This document shows positions 1 through 9,119 of a DNA stretch of 32,000 nt, piece by piece. Numbering within the stretch: the first letter of the stretch is position 1; each line of letters begins with the position of its first letter. The stretch comes from Escherichia coli (GTDB taxonomy: Bacteria > Pseudomonadota > Gammaproteobacteria > Enterobacterales > Enterobacteriaceae). The notes beneath the pieces were generated by a model. It had not been told where the DNA came from. It did no database searches and was given only the letters and a program-made list of their open reading frames with translations. The DNA is taken from assembly GCF_041879505.1 (NCBI RefSeq), contig NZ_CP169003.1; one strand, 5' to 3'. The translations under genes were made by a program, and so were the position numbers.

Positions 1-84
1 CGATCAAGACTACTATTATTGGTAGCTAAATTTCCCTTAAGTCACAATACGTTATTATCAACGCTGTAATTTATTCAGCGTTTG

Positions 85-98
85 TACATATCGTTACA
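85..98 (+). promoter_or_regulatory. RstA box upstream of asr (TACATATCGTTACA)
   Basis: Exact match to the RstA box consensus TACATNTNGTTACA about 100 bp upstream of asr; rstA lies in the same window. Confidence 0.75.
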
Positions 99-201
99 CG
101 CTGAAACCAACCACTCACGGAAGTCTGCCATTCCCAGGGATATAGTTATTTCAACGGCCCCGCAGTGGGGTTAAATGAAAAAACAAATTGAGGGTATGAC
201 A

Positions 202-510
202 ATGAAAAAAGTATTAGCTCTGGTTGTTGCCGCTGCTATGGGTCTGTCTTCTGCCGCCTTTGCTGCAGAGACTGCGACCACACCTGCTCCGACTGCGACG
301 ACCACCAAAGCAGCGCCGGCGAAAACGACACATCATAAAAAACAGCATAAAGCAGCACCTGCCCAGAAAGCGCAGGCGGCTAAAAAGCATCATAAAAATA
401 CGAAAGCTGAACAGAAAGCCCCTGAACAAAAAGCGCAGGCAGCGAAGAAACACGCCGGGAAACACAGCCATCAGCAACCGGCAAAACCTGCTGCACAACC
501 CGCAGCGTAA
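202..510 (+). CDS. asr: Acid-shock protein Asr (start placed at MKKVLALVV inside the 175..510 ORF)
   Basis: Signal peptide followed by Ala/Lys/His/Gln-rich repeats (QKAQAAKKH); matches the known Asr sequence. Confidence 0.95.
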   Translation: MKKVLALVVAAAMGLSSAAFAAETATTPAPTATTTKAAPAKTTHHKKQHKAAPAQKAQAAKKHHKNTKAEQKAPEQKAQAAKKHAGKHSHQQPAKPAAQPAA

Positions 511-602
511 GTTTTCAACAGTAATGCTGGCGCGCCCCCTCGCGCCTGAAAATTACGGTGCTAAGCAGGTAACGTTTAGCACCGCCTTTAGCGGAGGGTA
601 GT

Positions 603-686
603 ATGGTGGGCCGTTATCGCTTTGAGTTCATTCTTATCATCCTTATTTTATGCGCACTGATTGCCGCCCGTTTTTATCTTTCCTGA
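603..686 (+). CDS. ydgU: Small membrane protein YdgU (MVGRYRFEFILIILILCALIAARFYLS)
   Basis: 27-aa ORF directly downstream of asr, below the ORF-track length cut-off; matches the known small protein and synteny. Confidence 0.85.
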   Translation: MVGRYRFEFILIILILCALIAARFYLS

Positions 687-785
687 CTGTAGTTATCTGA
701 TTTTACTCCCACTTTCATCCCGTCCCGTCTATAGTATTTATGAGGGTTTGCTTTTAATAATCATAATTACCCACCAGAGTGTGAT

Positions 786-1607
786 ATGCGTACAACCATT
801 GCTGTAGTGTTGGGTGCAATTAGTTTGACGTCTGCTTTTGTGTTTGCAGATAAACCAGACGTTGCCAAATCGGCAAACGATGAGGTCAGCACCCTGTTTT
901 TTGGTCATGATGATCGTGTGCCAGTGAATGACACGACCCAATCACCGTGGGATGCGGTTGGGCAACTGGAAACGGCCAGCGGCAATTTATGTACGGCGAC
1001 GCTGATTGCACCCAATCTGGCATTAACGGCAGGACACTGTTTATTGACGCCGCCTAAGGGTAAAGCGGATAAGGCGGTAGCGCTGCGTTTTGTGTCAAAT
1101 AAAGGTCTTTGGCGCTATGACATCCACGACATAGAAGGCCGCGTTGATCCGACACTGGGAAAGCGGTTAAAAGCAGATGGGGATGGTTGGATTGTTCCTC
1201 CCGCAGCTGCACCATGGGACTTCGGCTTGATTGTGCTGCGTAATCCCCCTTCTGGCATTACACCGTTGCCGTTATTTGAGGGAGATAAAGCCGCGCTTAC
1301 TGCCGCATTAAAATCGGCTGGTCGTAAAGTGACTCAGGCGGGATATCCTGAAGATCATCTCGATACGTTATACAGTCATCAAAACTGTGAAGTGACTGGC
1401 TGGGCGCAAACGTCGGTGATGTCACATCAGTGCGATACCTTGCCGGGTGACAGCGGTTCGCCTTTGATGTTGCATACCGATGACGGCTGGCAATTAATTG
1501 GGGTGCAAAGTTCGGCTCCTGCCGCGAAAGATCGCTGGCGCGCCGATAACCGGGCCATTTCTGTTACCGGTTTTCGCGACAAGCTGGATCAACTGTCGCA
1601 AAAATAA
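786..1607 (+). CDS. ydgD: Trypsin-like serine protease family protein YdgD
   Basis: Signal peptide, LTAGHC and GDSGSP catalytic motifs; K-12 synteny. Confidence 0.93.
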   Translation: MRTTIAVVLGAISLTSAFVFADKPDVAKSANDEVSTLFFGHDDRVPVNDTTQSPWDAVGQLETASGNLCTATLIAPNLALTAGHCLLTPPKGKADKAVALRFVSNKGLWRYDIHDIEGRVDPTLGKRLKADGDGWIVPPAAAPWDFGLIVLRNPPSGITPLPLFEGDKAALTAALKSAGRKVTQAGYPEDHLDTLYSHQNCEVTGWAQTSVMSHQCDTLPGDSGSPLMLHTDDGWQLIGVQSSAPAAKDRWRADNRAISVTGFRDKLDQLSQK

Positions 1608-1645
1608 TGTTCAAACGCTGCCCGACAGTGCGGGCAGCGTGTTCA

Positions 1646-1975
1646 TCAGGCAAGTTTCACCATGATCATTCCAGCCAACAGCAAGACCAGGCCAATCCAG
1701 CCTTTACGATTTAACCGTTGACCAAACAAGATCCAACCTGCGGCTAACGTGGCGGCAATACCAAACCCGCCCCACAATGCATAAGCGACAGACAAGTCGA
1801 TCCCTTTTACGGCCTGAGAAAGCGCACTAAAGGCAGCCAGCACCGCCGCCAGGGAGAGCAAGCCAAATATTTTGCGACGAAAGCCGTCAGAAAATTTCAA
1901 AAAGACGTTAGCAACGATTTCCAGCACGATTGCCAATGCCAGCCAGGCGGCGTGAACCCATTCAAACTGCGCCAT
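1646..1975 (-). CDS. mdtI: SMR-family spermidine exporter subunit MdtI
   Basis: 109-aa four-TM SMR protein overlapping mdtJ; synteny. Confidence 0.95.
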
Positions 1976-2327
1976 GGTTCACTTCCAGTTCAGGTTTACG
2001 CGCTTTACGGGTACCTGATTTGATCAACACAATCCCGGCGACCAGGGTGGTTAACCCGGCAATTTTCATCAGCGATAAACTTTCGTCGAATAACAAAACG
2101 CTAAACAAGGTAATAAATAAAATACCGATACCTTCCCACAGCGCATAAGCTACGCCTAAGGCGATCTTTTTAACGGCGAAAGAGAGAAATATATACGACA
2201 GAGAAATCATCACCAGCATTAAAATAAAGCCGCCATTTCCCTCACTGACGCTCGCCCATTTCATTGACAGCGTACCGGTAATTTCTGTAGCAATAGCCAG
2301 GCCTAATAAAATCCAATAAATATACAT
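1962..2327 (-). CDS. mdtJ: SMR-family spermidine exporter subunit MdtJ
   Basis: 121-aa SMR protein, [26 protein letters not shown]; synteny. Confidence 0.95.
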
Positions 2328-2738
2328 TGTCCTTCTCCTGCAAGAGAATTATTTTAATTTTCGCTTAATTCAGCGAAACCAAAGTAAAGTGGTCAAGCCC
2401 CGCGCATAGGGCAAGCTTAGGCAGAAGAAAGGACTAAAGCGCGTTGCGCCAGTGCTGCTCACCTACGAGCAAGATAGTGGATGAGGTACGAAGATGGGTA
2501 AATGTTGAAAATAACGTCCTGAACAAATTGTCCATAATATTACAATTATCCGCAGTGTTGCTTCTCGTCATCGCGGATGATAATTGTCCTCGGTAGTTGA
2601 ACACGCCTGATTTGTATCATAGCTTAAGAATTAACTCAAAATATTTTCACTTCTTTACCTGAGCGGTTTGATTTTCGTTATGATGACGGAGCGAAAAAGA
2701 CATTATTATTAGCAAAGGAAGAAAAAACGGGGACAAGC

Positions 2739-2894
2739 ATGGCAAAGCCGATCATCACGCTCAATGGCCTAAAAATCGTCATTATGTTGGGAATGCTGGT
2801 CATTATTCTCTGCGGTATCCGTTTTGCCGCCGAGATCATCGTGCCGTTTATTCTCGCATTATTTATTGCTGTTATATATAACTTACTTTACATA
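2739..2894 (+). pseudogene. tqsA: 5' fragment of tqsA (about 45 native codons, then element-derived sequence and a stop)
   Basis: [46 protein letters not shown] then YNLLT-stop; the remainder of TqsA resumes at 17745. Confidence 0.95.
2867..2875 (+). repeat. Left attachment core TGCTGTTAT
   Basis: Identical 9-mer at 17745..17753; joining host sequence across it restores the TqsA frame (...[15 protein letters not shown]...). Confidence 0.9.
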
Positions 2895-2949
2895 ACACGT
2901 TGATTTAATTAAATAATTTTCACCGCAAAAAGTGCCAAAAATCGCAAAA

Positions 2950-2972
2950 TGACTACACCAGTGACTACACCG
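2950..2972 (+). repeat. Left copy of the 23-bp terminal repeat TGACTACACCAGTGACTACACCG (candidate integrase arm sites)
   Basis: Tandem TGACTACACC pair with 12-bp spacing, identical to 17595..17617 at the other end. Confidence 0.85.
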
Positions 2973-2990
2973 TTCGGTGCACTGTATGAA

Positions 2991-3014
2991 ACAACGTGGA
3001 ACAAATAGACACAA
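2991..3014 (+). repeat. Phased array, 3 x ACAA at 10-bp spacing (starts 2991, 3001, 3011)
   Basis: Read directly: gaaACAAcgtggaACAAatagacACAAg. Confidence 0.7.
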
Positions 3015-3097
3015 GAAATATACAGGCGGATCATCTTTCCAGGGGGAAGCGCACCAATTCATGAGGGGCGTTAATGTCGATATGGGGATCCCCACCT

Positions 3098-3116
3098 ACC
3101 GGAATTTTTTTCCGGT
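3098..3116. repeat. Inverted repeat ACCGGAA-TTTTT-TTCCGGT
   Basis: 7-bp perfect arms; the neighbouring TGGGGATCCCCA at 3083..3094 is a second perfect palindrome. Confidence 0.7.
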
Positions 3117-3235
3117 TAAACGTTAATCAGGCTGGTGGGCTTTACCTGTTCGGTAGGTGTTATGATTATCGTAATACCTTTCCCCCAATGGGGTAAAAGC
3201 ATCAACCGTAACGAAAGTCGTTATGGTTGCCACTG

Positions 3236-3316
3236 ATACCCCAAATTTGGGTATCACGAGTAAGACCCAAAATCTGGGTGTTACTCTTACTACCCAAACT
3301 ACGGGTAGTTTCCGTA
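3236..3316. repeat. Three contiguous 27-bp repeats, each a dyad ACCC-N7-GGGT
   Basis: Units at 3236..3262, 3263..3289 and 3290..3316; each has CCC and GGG separated by 7 nt. Confidence 0.8.
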
Positions 3317-3327
3317 GTTTCATGGTC

Positions 3328-3347
3328 GAGTTGCAGATCTGCAACTC
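3328..3347. repeat. 20-bp perfect palindrome GAGTTGCAGATCTGCAACTC
   Basis: Sequence equals its own reverse complement. Confidence 0.9.
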
Positions 3348-3640
3348 CCCCATTAACCACAGGCGAATTTCCGCCTTCGGTCATTCCTTAATCATCTGCG
3401 TAATCATAATGATTATTCAGCAAGCGCAATTTTGCGCTTTGCTTAAAGTTCAGCGAGTTACCGCGCCGACTTCCTCAAATTGAGGTTTCCGAAAATATCA
3501 GCGGGTTAGCGATTAAGCTGATCATTAATTAAACTGCGAAAATTTCGTAGTTTGTGACTGTCTTTCAGGCAGCTTGTTAACAGTCCTCAGAAGCGAGGGA
3601 TGTAGCCACCCATTTTTGGTCCGTCGGGAATATCAACCAG

Positions 3641-3922
3641 TTACCGCCGCAACCGCTCCGGCTTCTTCCAGTGGTACGTTATTTTCTCCTTCTCCCGATA
3701 CATCTCCACGCGGCGACGGTAGGCCAGCAACTCAAGAACTCTGGTTCGTATGTTGCGCATATCCACGCCATTAAGTTCTATACCATCACGGCGCATCACC
3801 TCAGCAACAACACGCGCATAGTTTTCGGCTGTCACGCTGTCCGGCTGCGTGGCCTGTTCGTCAGCCTGCTGGCTGATTCCGGCAACGCGGCGGATTAATC
3901 CCGTTATTTCGGCTTCTGTCAT
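3641..3922 (-). CDS. Conserved-looking small protein downstream of terL, function unknown
   Basis: 93-aa ORF directly following terL on the same strand (13-nt gap). Confidence 0.65.
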   Translation of the reverse strand: MTEAEITGLIRRVAGISQQADEQATQPDSVTAENYARVVAEVMRRDGIELNGVDMRNIRTRVLELLAYRRRVEMYREKEKITYHWKKPERLRR

Positions 3923-3935
3923 GCTGCTGACCTCA

Positions 3936-5597
3936 TTACACCCCGCTAAATTCTTCCAGTTTCTGGCGGTGGCTGTCGCTTATATCAAAAGCAAAATCCT
4001 CATGCTCTGCCTGGAATGTACCAAACGCCATCAGCGCCGCCACGCTCGGGTCTATCTTGTTCGGTGATTTTTTCTTGTTCGGCTTGATATTGGCGTTCGC
4101 GTCACTCTGCATCACGACGTTACTCATCGACCAGGACAACACCGGATCGCCACGATGCACAATCACCCTGCGGTTAACAAAAACTTCAAACGATTTCGCC
4201 GCCGGACTGAATCTGAGGTAGGTTTGCGGGAACGGCTCCACCTCAAAACCTGCCCCCTGTAATTGCGTTCTGAGATGCGTGGCGTTCCACGTATCAAAGC
4301 CCACCAGCCTGATATTAAATTTCTCCGCGTCCTGCATGATGTCATCTCTGATCCGGTCGTAATCAATGCAGTCGCCAGGCGTTGTGCGTATCCAGCCTGC
4401 TTTAGCCCACTGACGATAGATGGCGCGGTTTTTATTGGCGGGGTTCTGTAGCTGGAACTCCGGCAGATAATGACGGGAAACCAGCATAATGGTTTTACCT
4501 ACCGGAAAGGCATAGCACACGCTGGAAATATCGCTTGTGGATGATAAATCCAGCCCCGCGTAACACTCCTGGCCGTGTAAATCTTCCTCCGTGAACGTTC
4601 CGGCACACTCAGCCCATGCGCCGTTACCCATCCACGGGGTAGTCCCCTGACACCAGATATTAAATCGCTTTGTCATCATCTCCACCCACTGCGACGGAAT
4701 ACCCCGCGCTTTCTGGATGGTTGAGGCCAGTTTTTCACGATCCACGGAAACATCAATATTAGGGTTCGCCTTTATCCACATCGCCGGATCATCAACCTCG
4801 TTTTCGTCGTCCAGTTCGTAAATCAGTACAAAAATTGAATCGTTAACCTCTTCGCCGTCCAGGATCTGGCAGCAATAATCATAGTGCTGCTTACAGGCTG
4901 AAACGACGTTGCTGCCTGATGTGGTAATGGCAAATAACAGCCCTTCGGGACGTGCGCCCATCCCCAGCTCAAGCGCGGAATAAACGCCGTTATCGGGGTG
5001 CAAGTGGTATTCGTCCACGATGGAAAGGCTGGGGTTTGTTCCCTCGATGGTTGCCGCTTTTGCTGCCAGCGGCTTTAACAGGCTGTTGCTTTTCGGGTGT
5101 ATCACCTTATGCGCCTGAATATTCACCCGCCTGCGTAACGGTCGGGATAAAAGGCACATCTGACGCGCATCATCAAAGACGATCCGCGCCTGGTCACGGC
5201 TCACCGCTGCGGTGTAGATATCCTGCTGACCGTTCTCCATAATCAGAAACCAGTTAGCCAGAATCGCGGCGGTCGTTGATTTCGCATTTTTGCGCGGCAC
5301 TTCGATAAAGGCGCTCGTATATTTGCGCCGTCCGGTGGCCTTAACCTTAAAGCCGAGGATGCACGCAAAGGCGAACTGCTGCCACGGCTCCAGCTCAATG
5401 GGTCTGCCACGCATCGGCCCTTTTACGTGCGGGCACACCCTGGAAAAGGCAATAAACCGATCCACAACCTCACGATCGAACGTGTAAAGGGGGCTTTTAA
5501 GGTCCGAAAAGTACCGTTTAACGGCCTGTTTCAGCCGTTTACAGGCCGGAATTTTGCCCGTTTTTACGTCTTCTGCGTACTTATTCCAGGCGGTCAA
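3936..5597 (-). CDS. terL: Phage terminase large subunit (Terminase_1/HK97-like)
   Basis: 553 aa; FIEVPRKNAKST (Walker A-like), SIVDEYHLH, AGLDLSSTSDISS; overlaps the TerS 3' end. Confidence 0.93.
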   Translation of the reverse strand: MTAWNKYAEDVKTGKIPACKRLKQAVKRYFSDLKSPLYTFDREVVDRFIAFSRVCPHVKGPMRGRPIELEPWQQFAFACILGFKVKATGRRKYTSAFIEVPRKNAKSTTAAILANWFLIMENGQQDIYTAAVSRDQARIVFDDARQMCLLSRPLRRRVNIQAHKVIHPKSNSLLKPLAAKAATIEGTNPSLSIVDEYHLHPDNGVYSALELGMGARPEGLLFAITTSGSNVVSACKQHYDYCCQILDGEEVNDSIFVLIYELDDENEVDDPAMWIKANPNIDVSVDREKLASTIQKARGIPSQWVEMMTKRFNIWCQGTTPWMGNGAWAECAGTFTEEDLHGQECYAGLDLSSTSDISSVCYAFPVGKTIMLVSRHYLPEFQLQNPANKNRAIYRQWAKAGWIRTTPGDCIDYDRIRDDIMQDAEKFNIRLVGFDTWNATHLRTQLQGAGFEVEPFPQTYLRFSPAAKSFEVFVNRRVIVHRGDPVLSWSMSNVVMQSDANANIKPNKKKSPNKIDPSVAALMAFGTFQAEHEDFAFDISDSHRQKLEEFSGV

Positions 5598-5937
5598 GCT
5601 CGTCCTCTTCTTCTGTTTCCGGTGGATTTTTACGGCGGCTTATCGGGTCAAAACCGAGCAAGGAGGCCATTTTTATCATCACTCTTTCCGCGTCGGATTT
5701 CGCGCTTAATGCGGGGTTTCTGCTCTCTCCGCCCTGACTGTTAACAATGCTGAACCCGCGCGCCGCAAGGTCTGCGACGGCTTTCCGGTATATCGAGTAA
5801 TTGACGCAATACAGTTCCAGATTACTCCAGTCGGCGGGAGTCAGGTCACCCCGTTCCGCAAGCTGCCGCGATTTTTCCCGCCACTGCTTCACGGCGATAT
5901 CATCCAGGTAGGCGGGGGCTTTCGGTGGTCTTGCCAT
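5581..5937 (-). CDS. terS: Phage terminase small subunit (P27 family)
   Basis: 118 aa, MARPPKAPAYLDDIAVKQWREKSRQLAERG...LTPADWSNLELYCVNYSIYRKA; just upstream of terL. Confidence 0.9.
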   Translation of the reverse strand: MARPPKAPAYLDDIAVKQWREKSRQLAERGDLTPADWSNLELYCVNYSIYRKAVADLAARGFSIVNSQGGESRNPALSAKSDAERVMIKMASLLGFDPISRRKNPPETEEEDELDRLE

Positions 5938-5984
5938 GCTTATTTTTTCGCCAGATTATTTTTCAAAAAATTCCCGTGCATAAA

Positions 5985-6055
5985 AATTTGAGGAGGCGTT
6001 CGGTGCCCGGCGGGGTCGGGTTTGTCCTGAAAACGCCCCCCACCCCGTCATACAG
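5985..6055 (-). other. Candidate cos/packaging recognition region
   Basis: Non-coding G/C-tract-rich sequence (cggcggggtcggg...cgccccccaccccg) between HNH and terS, the HK97-like cos position. Confidence 0.45.
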
Positions 6056-6226
6056 CCTCATCAGCGATTGCGGAAACATTCCATAACCTCGCGGTCACGG
6101 TCGGTTAATCGCTTCGCTGTGATGCGTTCTGCGCGTCCTGACGCTTTATCTTTATGCCCTGTTTCCTGTGTCTTCCATGCGTCACGCTGCCTTATAAGTC
6201 CACGGATAAGGCGGTTTTGTTCCCGC

Positions 6227-6667
6227 TCATTCATCAGCGTCATACATCCAGTTATTGCGGTTAGCGGCCCGTTCTTCCTCTTCACGAAATCCACCTGCGG
6301 CACGCTTGCTTTTTGTTGCCGGATCAAGCCATTTCGTTTTCTGGTTATGGCACGCCTGGCACAATGGCTGATGGTTCCATTCGGGCCAGAAGAGAACATC
6401 ATCACCGCCATTAATCGGGATAATGTGATCCACCACCACGGCGGGCGTATATATCCCCTTCTCAAGGCATCGCACGCATAACGGGTTTTTACTCAGATAC
6501 ATGGCGCGGTATTTGTCCCACTGTCTGGAGTACCCACGCGCGCGGCGGTGTCCTCGTCTGGCATCCTCTGCACGCCATGCCGCCCGCCTGTGCTCCTCAC
6601 ACTTGCCGGACTTCACGCGCCTGTTACAGCCTGGTTCTGTGCATCGTCTTAATGGTTGCCACGGCAT
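6227..6667 (-). CDS. HNH endonuclease (packaging associated)
   Basis: Cys pairs and VVDHIIPINGGDD...WPEWNHQPLCQACHNQKT HNH motif. Confidence 0.92.
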   Translation of the reverse strand: MPWQPLRRCTEPGCNRRVKSGKCEEHRRAAWRAEDARRGHRRARGYSRQWDKYRAMYLSKNPLCVRCLEKGIYTPAVVVDHIIPINGGDDVLFWPEWNHQPLCQACHNQKTKWLDPATKSKRAAGGFREEEERAANRNNWMYDADE

Positions 6668-6963
6668 CAGTACACCCCCACATCACGGTAAGCCGTCCAG
6701 AGTGCACCAATCGTCATGGGTACGCGTGTTTTTGCGTTATCCGCGACAATCTGGCGATTTTCATACAGGTGAGCGATAAACATCATGCAGCCAATCTTTA
6801 TGGCTGGCGTGAACTCCAGCCCGTCATCAAAGCGCCTGCCTATGTGTATCTGGCACGCCTCAAGCGATGCGGCGATGTATCCGCTGATTAACTGGTCTTC
6901 CTCGTCGCCATCGATGCGGCAATGGAGTTTCACTTCTTCCAGGGTGATAAGTTCTTCTGTCAT
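6667..6963 (-). CDS. Phage gp6-like head-tail connector
   Basis: 98 aa, LITLEEVKLHCRIDGDEEDQLISGYIAASLEACQIHIGR, typical of the family. Confidence 0.88.
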   Translation of the reverse strand: MTEELITLEEVKLHCRIDGDEEDQLISGYIAASLEACQIHIGRRFDDGLEFTPAIKIGCMMFIAHLYENRQIVADNAKTRVPMTIGALWTAYRDVGVY

Positions 6964-7298
6964 TTTTCCGCGCCCTCACGACAAAGAATTTCAAGGCGTG
7001 TCCTGGCGGCATCCGGCAGCGGCTGCCCGATGATATTCAGTACACGCCCCGCCAGCGGCCCCGTATTGACCTTTATCCGGCTGGTGGCGTTGATGTCCTT
7101 CCTGTAGCGTATCCATATCCTTACCGTTCCAGTCGCCAGTTCTGCACCCGATGAAATGGCCTCCTTGCTGCTGATCATGTTCACGCTTGCCCAGAGTGTG
7201 TGACCGTCCACCCACGTTTCGAGTATTTCGCCGGTTATATCCCTGGTCTGTTTCAGGGTCTGAATCGTTACCCTGTCACGCAGTCGCCCTATGTTCAT
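6960..7298 (-). CDS. Head-tail adaptor / head closure protein (start trimmed to MNIGRLRDRV)
   Basis: 112 aa; start overlaps the portal stop; family-typical RLRDRVTIQTL...ILETWVDGHTLWASV. Confidence 0.88.
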   Translation of the reverse strand: MNIGRLRDRVTIQTLKQTRDITGEILETWVDGHTLWASVNMISSKEAISSGAELATGTVRIWIRYRKDINATSRIKVNTGPLAGRVLNIIGQPLPDAARTRLEILCREGAEK

Positions 7299-8506
7299 TC
7301 CGGTTTTTCTCCCTCGCTGATTTTTACTTCCTGTTTCCATGCCTGGCTGAACTCATCACCACCATCACGCGGGGACAGCCCTTCACGTTCGCGGGCTTCG
7401 TTCGGGCACATAACGCCGGATTTGATGCCGCGTTCATAGGTGGCAAAGCGTTCGCCAGGAGTGGCCCGTAACAGGTCCGCGCTGTCAAACTCCACCTGAT
7501 ACCGGATACCAGGTACAGGTGAGGCCACCAGCAGGGCGTTTTTTATCTGCTGTTCAAAGTTCGCCAGCCACGGGCGCATCGTCATGGTGAGAAATGCGCG
7601 GCTTGCCTCGCTGAAATTGCTGTAGGTGCTGTTGCTGTATTCCTGCAAAAAAATCGGCGAGACGTTGAACATTCGGGCGATGTCTTCAATGGTGAAGCGA
7701 CGGGAGGCCAGCCATTCAGCATCCTGATTACTCATGCCCAGCTGCTGATAGCTCATACCCCCTTCAAGGATGGGCGTTTTTCCGGCGTTTCTGGCCCCTT
7801 TGTAGCGTTCCAGTGCGGCTAATGCCTGTTTGCCCTTCACGCCGTCCAGCCATTCGCCTGACGTGATAACCCCTGCCGCCATCATGCCATCACGCATCAC
7901 GCTCGCGCCGTGGCGTTGTTGGGCCAGCCCAAGCCCCAGCGATTCGCGGCAGATGGTTACAGGTGAGCGCCCCATAAAACCGTCATCCGTGGAGTAACGA
8001 AGGTGGAGAACCTCCCACGGTAAATAGTTGCGGGTGTTTCCGGTGTAGGCGTCAGTGATGCAGTAGCGCCAGTTATGCTCACCTGTCTGCTCAACGTTCA
8101 CCGACTGCGGCGGGTAAGGATGCAAAGCGACTGGAAAACCATCACGCCCCCACTGAATCACCGCATAAGCATTACCGTTTAACAGGCAGTGGCGGATCAT
8201 CATTCGCTTAAACTGGTAGGGGGTTTGCCATGCGTTCGGGCGCTCGTTGAGGATGTGATCGACCGGATGAGAATCAAGCCACTCTCGGGCCTCCTTCCCC
8301 TTCTCATTGCGTACCAGGTACAGGTAACACGGCATGGTAGCCACCGCCTCAGAGATGACCGTGACGGCGTTCATGACGGCGGGCAGTGATTCCGCTGTCC
8401 CCGATGATACGTACTCACCCGCCCCCGTGTTCGATGTGCCAGCCAGCGCCATAAACTCATCAAGCGTCATGCTGCGCTGCTCTTTTTTTCTTCTGAAAGG
8501 CCACAT
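7295..8506 (-). CDS. HK97-family portal protein
   Basis: 403 aa, PAVMNAVTVISEAVATMPCYLY..., LGLGLAQQRHGASVMRDGMMAAGVI, ARMFNVSPIFLQEYSNSTYSN. Confidence 0.95.
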   Translation of the reverse strand: MWPFRRKKEQRSMTLDEFMALAGTSNTGAGEYVSSGTAESLPAVMNAVTVISEAVATMPCYLYLVRNEKGKEAREWLDSHPVDHILNERPNAWQTPYQFKRMMIRHCLLNGNAYAVIQWGRDGFPVALHPYPPQSVNVEQTGEHNWRYCITDAYTGNTRNYLPWEVLHLRYSTDDGFMGRSPVTICRESLGLGLAQQRHGASVMRDGMMAAGVITSGEWLDGVKGKQALAALERYKGARNAGKTPILEGGMSYQQLGMSNQDAEWLASRRFTIEDIARMFNVSPIFLQEYSNSTYSNFSEASRAFLTMTMRPWLANFEQQIKNALLVASPVPGIRYQVEFDSADLLRATPGERFATYERGIKSGVMCPNEAREREGLSPRDGGDEFSQAWKQEVKISEGEKPE

Positions 8507-8507
8507 A

Positions 8508-9080
8508 TCACACCCCCGCTAAATCCGTCCACCAGCGGCGATTATCCGCACGCGGCATTTTTTCGGGGTGCTGCTCGTACAGGGAGCGGCGGGCCAGCTC
8601 CACGCCGGAATCAGGGTAAGCCGGTACGGATGTAACGGTAATTTCGTATAGTTCCGCCACCAGCACGGTGCGCACGCATGGATCTGTTGTGGTATCCCAT
8701 ACATCCTTACGGGAACGAAAGCCAAAGCTCATGCCGGATATATCACCTCGTTTAACCAGTTCGATAACGTCGCGCCCTGTACTGGTATCCGGTGGGGTCA
8801 GTTCAAAGCGTAACCCTGTTTCGTCCTCTTCCAGTTTCAGCGTGCCGGAACGGGTGCGCCCCAGTAACATGCTGTGGTCATGCTCATACAGGCCGCGAAC
8901 GTCATTACCCGCCGCAAGCCACTCAGTAAACGCCCCCCGCTGGAATTTTTCGTAAAACTCCCCCCATAGCAGTTCTGAAAGCTTATCCCAGCGAACAACG
9001 TAGCCCGTCAGCGTACCGGCTCCGCTGGTAGTGATTTCCGATGACCGGATTTCCATACTCTTCATAATTTTTTCACCCAT
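8508..9080 (-). CDS. HK97-family prohead protease
   Basis: 190 aa, GYVVRWDKLS...GLYEHDHSMLLGRTRSGTLKL...GDISGMSFGF. Confidence 0.95.
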   Translation of the reverse strand: MGEKIMKSMEIRSSEITTSGAGTLTGYVVRWDKLSELLWGEFYEKFQRGAFTEWLAAGNDVRGLYEHDHSMLLGRTRSGTLKLEEDETGLRFELTPPDTSTGRDVIELVKRGDISGMSFGFRSRKDVWDTTTDPCVRTVLVAELYEITVTSVPAYPDSGVELARRSLYEQHPEKMPRADNRRWWTDLAGV

Positions 9081-9089
9081 AAAACACTA

Positions 9090-9109
9090 AAGGGGCTTTT
9101 AAGCCCCTT
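9090..9109. repeat. Intergenic hairpin AAGGGGCTT-TT-AAGCCCCTT between capsid and protease genes
   Basis: Perfect 9-bp inverted repeat without a strong U-tract. Confidence 0.8.
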
Positions 9110-9119
9110 CTGTATGCTG

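Noticed and set aside
3236-3347. CRISPR-like array
   Set aside because: Repeats are contiguous 27-mers without unique spacers, and no cas genes are present.
3223-3483. 86-aa plus-strand ORF with 9-aa repeats, and the antisense 76-aa ORF 3123..3353
   Set aside because: The repeat follows from the 27-bp DNA array, whose conserved feature is a dyad; the rest of the ORF looks non-coding.
6061-6465. 134-aa minus and 137-aa plus ORFs in the HNH/terS gap
   Set aside because: Overlap the HNH 3' end in other frames and show no family features.
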